64,000 bases of DNA from Rhabdothermincola salaria. GTDB taxonomy: Bacteria > Actinomycetota > Acidimicrobiia > Acidimicrobiales > Acidimicrobilacustridaceae. A model generated the notes under the pieces. The model was not told the origin of the DNA. It searched no databases and worked only from the letters and a program-made list of their open reading frames with translations. Positions 30,897-41,574 of this stretch are shown piece after piece (position 1 is the first letter of the stretch; each line of letters opens with the position of its first letter). The position numbers and the translations under genes are program-made. Location: NCBI RefSeq assembly GCF_021246445.1, contig NZ_JAJQXW010000001.1:248001-312000 (forward strand), given 5' to 3'.

Positions 30897-31154
30897 GTGA
30901 TCGGTCTCCTCCTCGCGCTGCTCCAGCTGTTCCTGCTGGCCCTGCTGGCGCGCATCATCCTCAGCTGGTTCCCTGCCACCGGCGGTGCGCTCGACAGCGT
31001 GCAGCGGGTGCTCTTCCGCATCACCGAACCGGTGCTCGCCCCCGTCCGGGCCATCCTCCCGCCGGTGCGTCTCGGGGGCATGGCCCTCGACCTGTCGCCC
31101 ATCGTGGTGTTCATCCTGCTGCAGCTGCTGATCGGCTTCCTGGCCGGTCTCTAG
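30897..31154 (+). CDS. yggT: YggT/YlmG family membrane protein
   Basis: 'ARIILSW', 'TEPVLAPVR', 'LDLSP'. Confidence 0.92.
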   Translation: MIGLLLALLQLFLLALLARIILSWFPATGGALDSVQRVLFRITEPVLAPVRAILPPVRLGGMALDLSPIVVFILLQLLIGFLAGL

Positions 31155-31228
31155 GGCACTTCGGTGTGGGTGGTGCGATCGGGCCGGCATGACCGCCGAG
31201 GTGCCGAGGCGCCGGTACCATCGCCCGG

Positions 31229-32308
<1,080 letters not shown>

Positions 32309-32359
32309 CCGGGAGCGGCGACCACCGTCGCGGTAGGGCCGCACGGTGGGGCCGGGTAC

Positions 32360-35300
32360 TCAGGCGTCGACGCGCTCGAGTGACACGCCGATGGGGCGAC
32401 CGTCGATCTCGACCGTGGTCCGGTCGGCGGCGCCCACGTCGAGGGCGACCGCCAGCACCTCGGCTCGGATCTCGTCGCGGTGGCGGTCGATCACGGCCTG
32501 GAGCGCCGGATCGGCGTCGAGGGTCACCCGTACCCGGTCGGCGATGGCGAGCCCGGCGGCCTTGCGGGCGTTGTTGAGGGCACGCACCAGCTCTCGGGCG
32601 GTGCCCTCGGCCCGGAGGTCGTCGTCGATCTCGAGGTCGAGCGCCGCAGCCCAGCCGTCGTCCTCGACGAGGGCGAGCGTGGCGTGACGTTCGGCGCGGA
32701 CCTCGACGTCGCCGGCCTCGAGGCGCTCGCCGGCGATCTCGATCCATCCGTCGCGGTCGAGCGCCGTGCGCAGCTGCGAGCCGTCGGCCGCGGCCAGCGC
32801 CGCCTTCACGTCGTTGACCCGAGGTCCCAGGCGGGGCCCGAGGGTGCGGAAGTTGGGCACGACCGTCCAGCTCATGAGCCCGGACAGGGTGTCGATGCGC
32901 TCGAGGGCCTTGACGTTGAGCTCGCTGCGGATCTCGGCCTCGACGTCGTCGTCGAGCTCGACGCCGGGGTGCAGCAGCATCGCCCGCGAGAGGGGCTGGC
33001 GGCCCTTCACCTCGGCGTCGGTGCGGGCGGCCCGGCCCAGGGTCACCAGGCGCCTCGCCGCCGCCATGCGTTCGGCGAGGGCGTCGTCGCGGCGGCCCTT
33101 GTCCGCCGGCCAGTCCGACAGGTGCACCGAGGGGGCACCGGTGAGGGCGGTGTAGAGCTCGTCGGCGAGGAACGGGGTGAACGGTGCCATGAGCTGGCTC
33201 ACGGTGACCAGGCACTCGTGGAGGGTGGCGTGGGCGACCGGGTCGCTGGCCTTCCAGAAGCGCGGCCGTGAGCGGCGCAGGTACCAGTTGGAGAGGTCGT
33301 CGACGAAGGCGGTGAGGCGACCGGCTGCGGCGAAGGCGTCGAAGCCGTCGAGGGCCTCGGTGACGGTCGCGACGGTGCCGTCGAGCTCGGAGAGGATCCA
33401 GCGGTCGAGGACGTGGTCGGCGGTCGGGGTCGTGTCGTCGGTCGGCGGGGACCACCCGTCGAGGTCGGCGTAGGTGGCGAAGAACGACCAGACGTTCCAC
33501 AGCGTGAGCAGGGTCTGTCGGGTGGCTTCCCGGATGCCGTCGGGGAAGACCCGTCGAGGGGTCCAGGGCTGGCCGGCGGAGAAGAAGTACCAGCGCAGGG
33601 CGTCGGCGCCGAGCGTGTCGAAGATCTCGAACGGGCTGATGACGTTGCCCCGCGACTTCGACATCTTCTGGCCGTGCTCGTCGACGATGAGGGCCAGGCA
33701 CACGACGTTGCGGTACGGCGTGGTGTCGAACACCAGACCGTTGACGGCGAGCAACGAGTAGAACCAACCGCGCGTCTGGTCGATGGCCTCGCAGATGAAG
33801 TCGGCGGGGAAGGCCCGGTCGAAGCCGCCGTCGTCGGCGAAGGGGTGGTGGTGCTGGGCCGCGGGCATGGAGCCCGAGTCGAACCAGGCGTCGAGCACCG
33901 GGGTGACCCGGCTCATGGCGCCGGCGCACCCCTGTTCGGTGCAGGGGAAGGTCACGTCGTCGATCGAGGGGCGGTGCAGGTCGAGCTCGTCCAGAGCCCG
34001 GCCCTGGCGTTCGGAGAGCTCGGCCACCGACCCGATGCAGTGGTCGTGGCCGCAGGTGTCGCACCGCCAGATCGGCAGGGGGGTCCCCCAGTACCGATCG
34101 CGCGAGAGCGCCCAGTCGACGTTGCCCTCGAGCCACTTGCCGAAGCGTCCGTGCTTGATGAACTCCGGGTGCCACGTGATGGCCTCGTTCTCGCGCATCA
34201 GCGTGTCGCGCTGCTCGGAGGTGCGCACGAACCACGAGGTCTTGGCCCAGTAGATGAGCGGGGTGCTGCAGCGCCAGCAGTGGGGGTAGCTGTGCTCGTA
34301 GTCCTGGCGACGCACCAGCAGCCCCCGCTCGGCGAGGTCGGCGATGATGTCGTCGTCGGCGTCCTTGACGAAGCGGCCGGCCCAGGGGGCGACCGAGGTG
34401 TCGAAGGCGGCGGAGGCATCGACCGGGTTGAGCACGGGGAGGCCCTCGGCCCGCCCCACCTGGGCGTCGTCCTCGCCGAACGCAGGCGCCAGGTGCACGA
34501 TGCCCGAGCCGTCGTCGGTCGAGACGAAGTCGCCGGGGACGACGCGCCAGCCGTCGGCGCCGGGTGGGGGCTCGAGGAGGTCGAAGGGCCGCTGGTAGCG
34601 CTGCCCGACGAGATCGGTGCCGGACATGCGGGCCACCACCTCGGCGTCCTCGGGCGCCCGGGCCGCGGCCATGACCAGGTCACGGCCACCACCGGTGTCG
34701 CGGACCCGCACGTAGTCGATGTCGGGACCCACCGCCGCGCCGGTGTTGGAGACGAGCGTCCAGGGGGTGGTGGTCCACACCATGAGGTCGGCGTCGTCGT
34801 CGACGAGGGGGAAGCGCACGTACACCGACGGGTCGACCACGTCGCGGTACACATCGGGCTGACCGAGCTCGTGGCTCGAGAGGGCGGTGCCGCAGCGCCC
34901 GCAGTACGGCGACACCTTGTGGCCCTCGTAGAGCAGGCTCTTGTCCCAGAGCTGGCGCACCAACCACCACACCGACTCGATGTAGTCGTTGTCGAGGGTC
35001 CAGTAGGCGTCGGCCGTGTCGATCCAGACGCCGGCCCGGTCGGTGAGGGCCTCCCAGTCGGCCACGTAGCGCTGCACCGACTCGCGGCAGCGGCGGTTGA
35101 ACTCGGCGATGCCGAACGACTCGATCTCGTCCTTGGTCGAGAGGCCGAGCTCTTTTTCGACCTCGAGCTCCACCGGCAGGCCGTGGCAGTCCCATCCGCC
35201 CTTGCGAGGCACGTCGCGACCCCGCATGGTCTGGAAGCGGGGGTAGAGGTCCTTGAAGGCACGCGCCCACACGTGGTGCAGGCCGGGTCGGCCGTTGGCG

Positions 35301-35449
35301 GTCGGCGGGCCCTCGTAGAACACCCAGGGCTCGTTGCCCTTGCGGAGCTGGCGAGCGGCGCCGGGGACGTCGGCGGCACGCCAGCGCTCGAGCACGCGCT
35401 GCTCGAGCGAGGGGAGATCGAACTCGGGATCGACGGGGCCGAAAGCCAT
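32360..35449 (-). CDS. ileS: Isoleucyl-tRNA synthetase (type 2)
   Basis: 'FYEGPPTANG', 'GWDCHGLPVE', 'WTTTPWTL', 'DQTRGWFYSL', 'KMSKS'; 1029 aa with an IleRS2-type C-terminus and no Zn finger. Confidence 0.97.
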   Translation of the reverse strand: MAFGPVDPEFDLPSLEQRVLERWRAADVPGAARQLRKGNEPWVFYEGPPTANGRPGLHHVWARAFKDLYPRFQTMRGRDVPRKGGWDCHGLPVELEVEKELGLSTKDEIESFGIAEFNRRCRESVQRYVADWEALTDRAGVWIDTADAYWTLDNDYIESVWWLVRQLWDKSLLYEGHKVSPYCGRCGTALSSHELGQPDVYRDVVDPSVYVRFPLVDDDADLMVWTTTPWTLVSNTGAAVGPDIDYVRVRDTGGGRDLVMAAARAPEDAEVVARMSGTDLVGQRYQRPFDLLEPPPGADGWRVVPGDFVSTDDGSGIVHLAPAFGEDDAQVGRAEGLPVLNPVDASAAFDTSVAPWAGRFVKDADDDIIADLAERGLLVRRQDYEHSYPHCWRCSTPLIYWAKTSWFVRTSEQRDTLMRENEAITWHPEFIKHGRFGKWLEGNVDWALSRDRYWGTPLPIWRCDTCGHDHCIGSVAELSERQGRALDELDLHRPSIDDVTFPCTEQGCAGAMSRVTPVLDAWFDSGSMPAAQHHHPFADDGGFDRAFPADFICEAIDQTRGWFYSLLAVNGLVFDTTPYRNVVCLALIVDEHGQKMSKSRGNVISPFEIFDTLGADALRWYFFSAGQPWTPRRVFPDGIREATRQTLLTLWNVWSFFATYADLDGWSPPTDDTTPTADHVLDRWILSELDGTVATVTEALDGFDAFAAAGRLTAFVDDLSNWYLRRSRPRFWKASDPVAHATLHECLVTVSQLMAPFTPFLADELYTALTGAPSVHLSDWPADKGRRDDALAERMAAARRLVTLGRAARTDAEVKGRQPLSRAMLLHPGVELDDDVEAEIRSELNVKALERIDTLSGLMSWTVVPNFRTLGPRLGPRVNDVKAALAAADGSQLRTALDRDGWIEIAGERLEAGDVEVRAERHATLALVEDDGWAAALDLEIDDDLRAEGTARELVRALNNARKAAGLAIADRVRVTLDADPALQAVIDRHRDEIRAEVLAVALDVGAADRTTVEIDGRPIGVSLERVDA

Positions 35450-35488
35450 CCCGCCAGGCTACGTGGCGGCGGCCAACCCCTCGGCACG

Positions 35489-35517
35489 TTGACCCGGGGA
35501 GTCTCCGGACGTATGAT
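35489..35517 (+). promoter_or_regulatory. Sigma70/HrdB-type promoter for dksA
   Basis: TTGACC (35489-94), 17-nt spacer, TATGAT (35512-17). Confidence 0.75.
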
Positions 35518-35700
35518 CCGGCACCTTTGTGGCGGGGTGGGGGAGCTCACCGAGGCCGAGAAGCACCCAACGTGGCCCTCGGGTCGCCGCCGGGTGGCGT
35601 CGGTCCCGGCGACGGCCCCGTCACCCTGTCAACGACGTTCGCAGTCGGTGGAGCCGTCCCGTACCGCTCTGCCACCCAACCGAGAAGGTCATCCACTCGC

Positions 35701-36321
35701 GTGAACAGCAAGCCTCCGGCCAAGAAGGCCTCCGCTAAGAAGGCCCCCGCCAAGAAGGCGGCGCCCAAGAAGGCTCCGTCGTCGTCATCGGCGAAGAAGG
35801 CGCCGGCCAAGAAGGCAGCCCCGGCGAAGAAGGCCTCCGCCAAGAAGGCCCCGGCCGAGAAGGCGACGCCCAAGAAGGCGCCGGCCAAGAAGGCGGCCCC
35901 GGCGAAGAAGGCCTCCGCCAAGAAGGCCCCGGCCAAGGTCGAGAGCCCGTTCGACGACAAGTTCCTCGAGTCCCAGAAGGCGCTGCTGATCGAGGAGCGC
36001 CGTCGTCTGGTCCACGACGCCGACAGCCTCACCGCCGAGGCCAACTCCCTGGCCGAGCTGCGCGAGCCGGGCGACGTCCAGTTCGACGAGGAGTCCGGCG
36101 AAGGCGACACGCTCGCAGTCGAGCGCGAACGCGACCTGGCCCTGTCGGCGCAGTTCCGCCACCAGGTCGAGGAGATCGACCACGCCATGGCCAAGTTCGA
36201 CAAGGGCACCTACGGGATCTGCGAGATCTCGAACACCCCGATCCCCAAGGAACGCCTGAAGGCCATCCCGTGGGCTCGTGAGCGGGTGGAGCACAAGGTC
36301 GGGGGCTTCGGACGCCGCTAG
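35701..36321 (+). CDS. TraR/DksA family protein with an N-terminal Lys/Ala/Pro repeat tail
   Basis: Coiled coil plus '[24 protein letters not shown]'; N-terminal (A/P)AKK repeats; ileS-dksA-lspA-rluA synteny. Confidence 0.88.
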   Translation: MNSKPPAKKASAKKAPAKKAAPKKAPSSSSAKKAPAKKAAPAKKASAKKAPAEKATPKKAPAKKAAPAKKASAKKAPAKVESPFDDKFLESQKALLIEERRRLVHDADSLTAEANSLAELREPGDVQFDEESGEGDTLAVERERDLALSAQFRHQVEEIDHAMAKFDKGTYGICEISNTPIPKERLKAIPWARERVEHKVGGFGRR

Positions 36322-36332
36322 TCCGAGCACCC

Positions 36333-36971
36333 ATGACCTCGCCTCGCACCTCAGGAGCACGGGGTGGCGGCGGACTCGGCTCGGCCGGCACCCATCGGGT
36401 CCTCTTCGCCACTGTCGCCATCGGCTGGCTGCTCGCCGACCAGCTCACCAAGTCGTGGGCCGAGTCCGCGCTGCTCACCCGCAACATCGATCTGGTCGGG
36501 AGCCTGCGCTTCAACCTGGCCTACAACACCGGCGCCTCGTTCGGCCTCGGCAGTGGGTACGGCGCCTGGATCTCCGTGGTGGCCCTCGTGGTGGTCGCCA
36601 TCCTGCTGTGGCAGGGTCGCAGCGTGGGCACCCGCCTCGGCGCCGTCGCGCTGGGGATGATCGTGGGCGGCGCGATCGGCAACATCGTCGATCGGGCCTT
36701 CCGGGGCGACGACGGCTTCATGAGCGGCGACGTCGTCGACTTCGTCGACCTGCAGTGGTGGCCGATCTTCAACGTGGCCGACGTCGGCATCGTCGTGGGA
36801 GGCATCCTCCTGGTGTGGTCCACCCTCCGGGTCCCGGAGGAGTCGGACGAACCCGACGCACCGATCGAGCCGGACGGGCCCGACCCGAGCGCCGGCGAAC
36901 AGCCCGACGGCGCCGGCGACCGGACACCCGGCGACCGGACACCCGGCGACCCCCGACGAGACGAGCCCTGA
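36333..36971 (+). CDS. lspA: Lipoprotein signal peptidase II
   Basis: 'DQLTK', 'NTGASFG', 'GGAIGNIVDR', 'VVDF', 'FNVAD'. Confidence 0.96.
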   Translation: MTSPRTSGARGGGGLGSAGTHRVLFATVAIGWLLADQLTKSWAESALLTRNIDLVGSLRFNLAYNTGASFGLGSGYGAWISVVALVVVAILLWQGRSVGTRLGAVALGMIVGGAIGNIVDRAFRGDDGFMSGDVVDFVDLQWWPIFNVADVGIVVGGILLVWSTLRVPEESDEPDAPIEPDGPDPSAGEQPDGAGDRTPGDRTPGDPRRDEP

Positions 36972-36973
36972 CC

Positions 36974-37894
36974 GTGGCCGTCGAGGAGGAGGTCCCCGCC
37001 GCACTCGACGGTGAGCGCATCGATCGCGTCGTGGCCATGATGACGGGCGCCTCCCGATCGGAGGTCTCGAAGTGGTTGTCCGAGGGGCTCGTCGCCCGCA
37101 ACGACGAGGTCGTGGCCGTCCGCTCCACGCGGGTGGCTGAAGGTGACATGGTGGCCGTCGACGTGGACCTCGATGCCCCTCCGCCGTCCCTCGAGCCCGA
37201 GCCGGGTATCGAGGTGTCGGTGGTCCACGTCGACGACGACCTCATCGTGGTGGACAAGCCGGCCGGGCTGGTGGTGCACCCCGGTGCCGGCAACGACACC
37301 GGGACCCTGGTGCAGGGCCTGCTGGCTCGCTTCCCCGAGCTGCGCGACGTGGGCGACCCGCTCCGGCCGGGCATCGTCCACCGCCTCGACAAGGACACGT
37401 CGGGGCTGTTGCTCGTCGCTCGCACGCCGGCCGCCCACGAGGCCCTCACCGCCATGATGGCGGCGCGTGAGGTGCAGCGCCGCTACCTCACGTTGGTCTG
37501 GGGCCACCCGGAGGCCGCCAGCGGCCTCATCGACGCCCCCATCGGCCGGTCCGCCCGCGAGCCCACCAAGATGGCGGTGAGCGCTCGGGGCAAGGAGGCC
37601 CGCACCCGCTACGAGGTCCGCCAGACGTTCGACGAGCCGGTCGAGGTGGCCCTCCTCGAATGCCGGCTGGAGACGGGGCGCACCCATCAGATCCGCGTCC
37701 ACCTGGCGGCGATCGGTCACCCGGTCGTGGGAGACGCCCGCTACCGCGGCGCCCGCGCCGCGCTGGCGGCACCGCGGATGGTCCTGCACGCGGCGTCGCT
37801 CGAGCTGCGCCACCCGGTGCACCGCGACCAGGAGCTCCGCTTCGAGTCGCCCCTCCCGGCCGACCTGGCGGCGGTGATCGACGGCCTGCGCTGA
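36974..37894 (+). CDS. RluA/RluD family pseudouridine synthase
   Basis: S4 domain, 'KPAGLVVHP', 'HRLDKDTSG', 'TGRTHQIRVH'. Confidence 0.95.
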   Translation: MAVEEEVPAALDGERIDRVVAMMTGASRSEVSKWLSEGLVARNDEVVAVRSTRVAEGDMVAVDVDLDAPPPSLEPEPGIEVSVVHVDDDLIVVDKPAGLVVHPGAGNDTGTLVQGLLARFPELRDVGDPLRPGIVHRLDKDTSGLLLVARTPAAHEALTAMMAAREVQRRYLTLVWGHPEAASGLIDAPIGRSAREPTKMAVSARGKEARTRYEVRQTFDEPVEVALLECRLETGRTHQIRVHLAAIGHPVVGDARYRGARAALAAPRMVLHAASLELRHPVHRDQELRFESPLPADLAAVIDGLR

Positions 37895-37943
37895 GGCGCA
37901 CCGGCGGCGAAGGCCGCTCGGGTGCCGTTCGATCGGGTCGAGG

Positions 37944-38435
37944 TCAGTCGGCGGTGGTGCCCGCCCAGGTCGGGGTGATCGCGGGGCTCGACGTGGTCTC
38001 GCCCGGCCACGCCGCTTCGCCGCGAGCCATGCGGACGATGTCGGCGAGGGTGGCCGCCTCGAGGTAGCGCCGCATGTGCTCGCCGACGTCGGCCCACACG
38101 GCCAGCAGCACGCACTGGCCCTCGTGGTCGCAGGCTCCGTCGGTGTGGGGTTCGCCGAAGTCGCCGGCCACGATCGGACCGTCGACCGCGCTGACGATGT
38201 CGGAGAGGCTGATCTGGTCCGGCGGGCGGGCCAGCACGTAGCCGCCCCCGACGCCGCGCTTGGAGCGCACCAGCCCGGCGCCCTTGAGGGCCAGCAGGAT
38301 CTGTTCGAGGTAGGGCTGGGGGAGCGCGGTGCGCTCGGCGATGTCGCGCACGGACGTCGGTCCTGTGGAGTCGGCGTGCAACGCCAACGACAGCAGGGCC
38401 CGACTGGCGTAGTCGCCTCTGGTCGACACCTTCAC
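37944..38435 (-). CDS. Rrf2 family transcriptional regulator
   Basis: 'KVSTRGDYA', 'YLEQIL', 'SKRGVGGGYVLA'; 'CDHEGQC'; GTG start 7 nt after TACGAT. Confidence 0.92.
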   Translation of the reverse strand: MKVSTRGDYASRALLSLALHADSTGPTSVRDIAERTALPQPYLEQILLALKGAGLVRSKRGVGGGYVLARPPDQISLSDIVSAVDGPIVAGDFGEPHTDGACDHEGQCVLLAVWADVGEHMRRYLEAATLADIVRMARGEAAWPGETTSSPAITPTWAGTTAD

Positions 38436-38593
38436 GTCCGGCATCGTAGGGCCCGCATCTGCAGGATCGTCGCCAACGCCCGTTGCCGGGTCGCCACGGC
38501 CCGTGTCCGACGACACCTCCCGGGCGGCCCCCATGTGGTCGCGGGGCTCTCTGCTGGCGCTACCGTGGGGCCTGACGCCCGGAGGATCTGCCA

Positions 38594-39700
38594 GTGGCCG
38601 ACGCCCAACCCGTGCTCCCCGACTACGAGGGAGCCTGCATCACCAACGTCGTTCCGGCGTTGCTCGACCCACCGGCCGTGTGGCCGACCTGGTTCCCCGA
38701 AGGCGCCGCCGACGCCGAGCAGGTCGTCTTGCTCGTGCTCGACGGCCTCGGTTGGGACCAGCTCCAGCAGCGGGCATCGCTGGCCCCCACGCTGTGCGCT
38801 CTGGCCGGGGGTCCCATCACCACCGTGGCCCCGTCCACCACCGCCACCGCCCTCACCTCGATCACCACGGGGCTGGCTCCGGGCGAGCACGGCGTCGTCG
38901 GCTACCGCATCGACGTCGACGGCGAGGTCCTCAACGTCCTGCGCTGGCAGGCCTCGGGACGCGACGCCCGCGCCACCATCCCTCCCGAGAAGATCCAGTT
39001 CCACGAGGCGTTCGAGGGGCACCGGCCGCCGGTGGTCACCAAGGCCGAGTTCCGCACCTCCGGGTTCACCGCCGCCCACCTCGACCGCACCCGCATCTCG
39101 GGATGGCGGATGAGCTCGACCCTGGTCACCGAGGTCGGCCAGCTGCTCGATGCCGGTGAGCCCTTCGTCTACGCCTACTACGAGGGCATCGACAAGGTGG
39201 CTCACGAGTACGGCCTCGGGGCGCACTACGACGCCGAGCTGGTGGCCTGCGACCGGCTGGTCGCCGACCTGCTCGAGGCGCTGCCCCCTGGTGCCGCCCT
39301 GGTGGTCACCGCCGACCACGGCCACGTCGAGGTGGGCGACAACCTCGTCGTGCCCGCCCCGGAGGTCATGAGCCACGTGCGCAGCCAGTCCGGTGAGGGT
39401 CGGTTCCGGTGGCTGCACGCCCGCCCGGGGCACGCCCGACAGCTGCTCGAGGCCGCCACCGAGCACCACGGTGGGGTGGCGTGGGTGGTGAGCGTGGACA
39501 CCGTGGTCGACGACGGATGGCTGGGACCGGTCGTCTCCGACGCGGCCCGCGCCCGGCTCGGCGACGTGGCCCTCGTCGCCCGCGAGCCGGTGAGCTTCGT
39601 GGACCCCGACGATTCGGGTCCCTACGAGTTGATCGGTCGCCACGGTTCGCTGACCCGGGGCGAGATGCTGGTGCCGCTGCTCGTCGGCGTCGCCCGTTGA
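38594..39700 (+). CDS. Alkaline phosphatase superfamily / nucleotide pyrophosphatase-phosphodiesterase
   Basis: 'LDGLG', 'PSTTATALTS', 'DKVAH', 'TADHG', 'GRHGSL'; SD GGAGG. Confidence 0.88.
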   Translation: MADAQPVLPDYEGACITNVVPALLDPPAVWPTWFPEGAADAEQVVLLVLDGLGWDQLQQRASLAPTLCALAGGPITTVAPSTTATALTSITTGLAPGEHGVVGYRIDVDGEVLNVLRWQASGRDARATIPPEKIQFHEAFEGHRPPVVTKAEFRTSGFTAAHLDRTRISGWRMSSTLVTEVGQLLDAGEPFVYAYYEGIDKVAHEYGLGAHYDAELVACDRLVADLLEALPPGAALVVTADHGHVEVGDNLVVPAPEVMSHVRSQSGEGRFRWLHARPGHARQLLEAATEHHGGVAWVVSVDTVVDDGWLGPVVSDAARARLGDVALVAREPVSFVDPDDSGPYELIGRHGSLTRGEMLVPLLVGVAR

Positions 39701-40071
39701 GCTCGGCCGACGCCGACGGTCAGCCCGTCCGCACCCCGGACCAGGCCCACGCGCTCGTCGCCGACCTGCTGGTGCTCACCGACGACGCCGTGCGGGTGCG
39801 AGCCGAGCTCACCGCCGCGGCCCGTGATCGACCCCCCGCCCCCATCGCCGACGTCAAGGCGCTCGAGGCCCGGCTGTCGGAGCTCCTCGACGAGGTGGTG
39901 GGCCTCGGCGTGCAGTTGAAGGGGTGGGCGCCGTTGCTGGTCGACATCCCCGTCGAGGTCGACGGCCGCCAGGTGCTCTTCTGCTGGTTGGAGGGCGACC
40001 GTCGGCTGTCGTGGTACCACGAGCTCGACCACGGCTTCGCCGGGCGGCGCCCGCTCAGCGACCTGGGCTGA
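39697..40071 (+). CDS. DUF2203 family protein
   Basis: C-terminal 'LVDIP...LFCWLEGD...WYHELDHGFAGRRPL'; TTG start overlaps the upstream stop (inferred). Confidence 0.8.
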   Translation: MSSADADGQPVRTPDQAHALVADLLVLTDDAVRVRAELTAAARDRPPAPIADVKALEARLSELLDEVVGLGVQLKGWAPLLVDIPVEVDGRQVLFCWLEGDRRLSWYHELDHGFAGRRPLSDLG

Positions 40072-40139
40072 GCCCGCCGATCGCCGCCGGATCGGCCGGG
40101 TGGTTGTGGGGCGGCGGACCAGTGGGAAAGGATGCCCTC

Positions 40140-40646
40140 ATGACGGATGCACCGGTCGAACGAGGAGAGCTCATCACCCCTGGCGGGAACCGGGACGGAG
40201 ACGAGCCCGCGCCCGCCGACACGGAAGTGGACGAGAACAAGGAGTTCGTGTCCGAACCGGCCAAGGTCATGCGGGTCGGCTCCATGATCAAGCAGCTCCT
40301 CGACGAGGTGCGCTCGACGTCGCTCGACGAGCCGTCCCGCCAACGGCTCCGGGCCATCTACGACACCTCGATCACCGAGCTCGGTTCTGCGCTCTCGCCT
40401 GATCTGCAGGAAGAGCTCGAGCGCCTCGCGTTCCCCTTCGCCGAGGAGGGCACCCCGAGCGAGGTCGAGCTGCGCGTGGCCCAGGCCCAGCTGGTGGGGT
40501 GGCTCGAGGGTCTCTTCCACGGCATCCAGGCCACGTTGTTCGCTCAGCAGATGGCGGCCCGCCAGCAGCTGGAGAACATGCGGGGCCAGCTACCTCCGGG
40601 TGCTCGTCCGGGTCCGCCCGAGGAGCGCCCCGGCACCTACCTGTAG
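40140..40646 (+). CDS. bpa: Bacterial proteasome activator Bpa/PafE (DUF2587)
   Basis: 'PAKVMRVGSMIKQLLDEVR', 'ELRVAQAQLVGWLEGLFHGIQ', C-terminal GTYL. Confidence 0.93.
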   Translation: MTDAPVERGELITPGGNRDGDEPAPADTEVDENKEFVSEPAKVMRVGSMIKQLLDEVRSTSLDEPSRQRLRAIYDTSITELGSALSPDLQEELERLAFPFAEEGTPSEVELRVAQAQLVGWLEGLFHGIQATLFAQQMAARQQLENMRGQLPPGARPGPPEERPGTYL

Positions 40647-40650
40647 CGAC

Positions 40651-40681
40651 GCAGGGTCTCGGGGCGACACGAGACCTCTGC
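40651..40681 (+). terminator. Possible terminator hairpin after bpa
   Basis: GCAG-GGTCTCG...CGAGACC-T-CTGC inverted repeat; no U-tract. Confidence 0.45.
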
Positions 40682-40745
40682 AGCGACGTGGGATCGGGCC
40701 CAAGGTCCCTTCCCCATCCCCTCCGCCATCCTGCAGTGTTGCGCT

Positions 40746-41561
40746 ATGGGATCGGAGACGACGGGCCCACCGGTCACTCACGCCCCCCGCCGGGCGTGGA
40801 GGGCCGTGGCCCTCCCGTCCGAGCACGGCGGGTGGGGACTGACCCTCGAACCCGCCCTCCTCGGGCTGTTGGTCCGTCCGTCCCTGGCCGGGCTGGCGCT
40901 CGGTCTGGGCGCCTTCGTGGCCTTCCTGGCCCGGACCCCGCTCAAGGTCGTCCTCGTCGACCGTCACCGTCGGCGGTGGTTGCCCCGCAGCTCGCTGGCC
41001 TTGCGCATCCTGCTCGCCGAGGTGGCGCTGCTCGCCGTGCTGGCCACCGTGGGGTTGGTGGCGGCCGGGTGGTCGTGGTTGGTGCCGGCGGCCCTGGCGG
41101 CGCCGCTGGTGGCGCTCGAGCTCTGGTTCGACATGCGCAGCCGCTCCCGTCGTCTGCTGCCCGAGCTGGCCGGGGCGCTGGGCATCGCCGCCGTCGCCCC
41201 GGCGATCGTGGTGGCCGGCGGTGGCTCCACGGCCCTCGCCGCCGGGACGTGGCTGGTGCTCTCGGCTCGGTCGGTCGCCGCCATCCCGTTCGTGCGGGTG
41301 CAGATCGAGCGACTGCGCCACGGAACCGGTGCGATCCGCCTCAGCGATCTGGCCCAACTGGGTGGCGCGGTCCTGGCCCTGGTCGCGGTGGTGGTGGACC
41401 GGAGGATGTGGTTGGGCGTCGTCGTCGTGGCGGTGCTGCTGGTGGCGGAGGCCGTGGCGGTGCGGCGGCCCCCGGTGCCGGCCACACGGTTGGGCGTGGC
41501 CCAGCTGGTCGCCGGGCTGGTGCTGGTGGGGTTCACCGCCGCCGGGGTCTGGCTGGGGTGA
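40746..41561 (+). CDS. YwiC-like membrane protein
   Basis: 'LPSEHGGW' N-terminal motif; multi-TM. Confidence 0.75.
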   Translation: MGSETTGPPVTHAPRRAWRAVALPSEHGGWGLTLEPALLGLLVRPSLAGLALGLGAFVAFLARTPLKVVLVDRHRRRWLPRSSLALRILLAEVALLAVLATVGLVAAGWSWLVPAALAAPLVALELWFDMRSRSRRLLPELAGALGIAAVAPAIVVAGGGSTALAAGTWLVLSARSVAAIPFVRVQIERLRHGTGAIRLSDLAQLGGAVLALVAVVVDRRMWLGVVVVAVLLVAEAVAVRRPPVPATRLGVAQLVAGLVLVGFTAAGVWLG

Positions 41562-41574
41562 GCGCACCGCCGGT

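Noticed and set aside
35450..35700. ileS T-box leader
   Set aside because: No T-box (GGTGGNACCGCG-like) sequence on the minus strand; ileS appears leaderless
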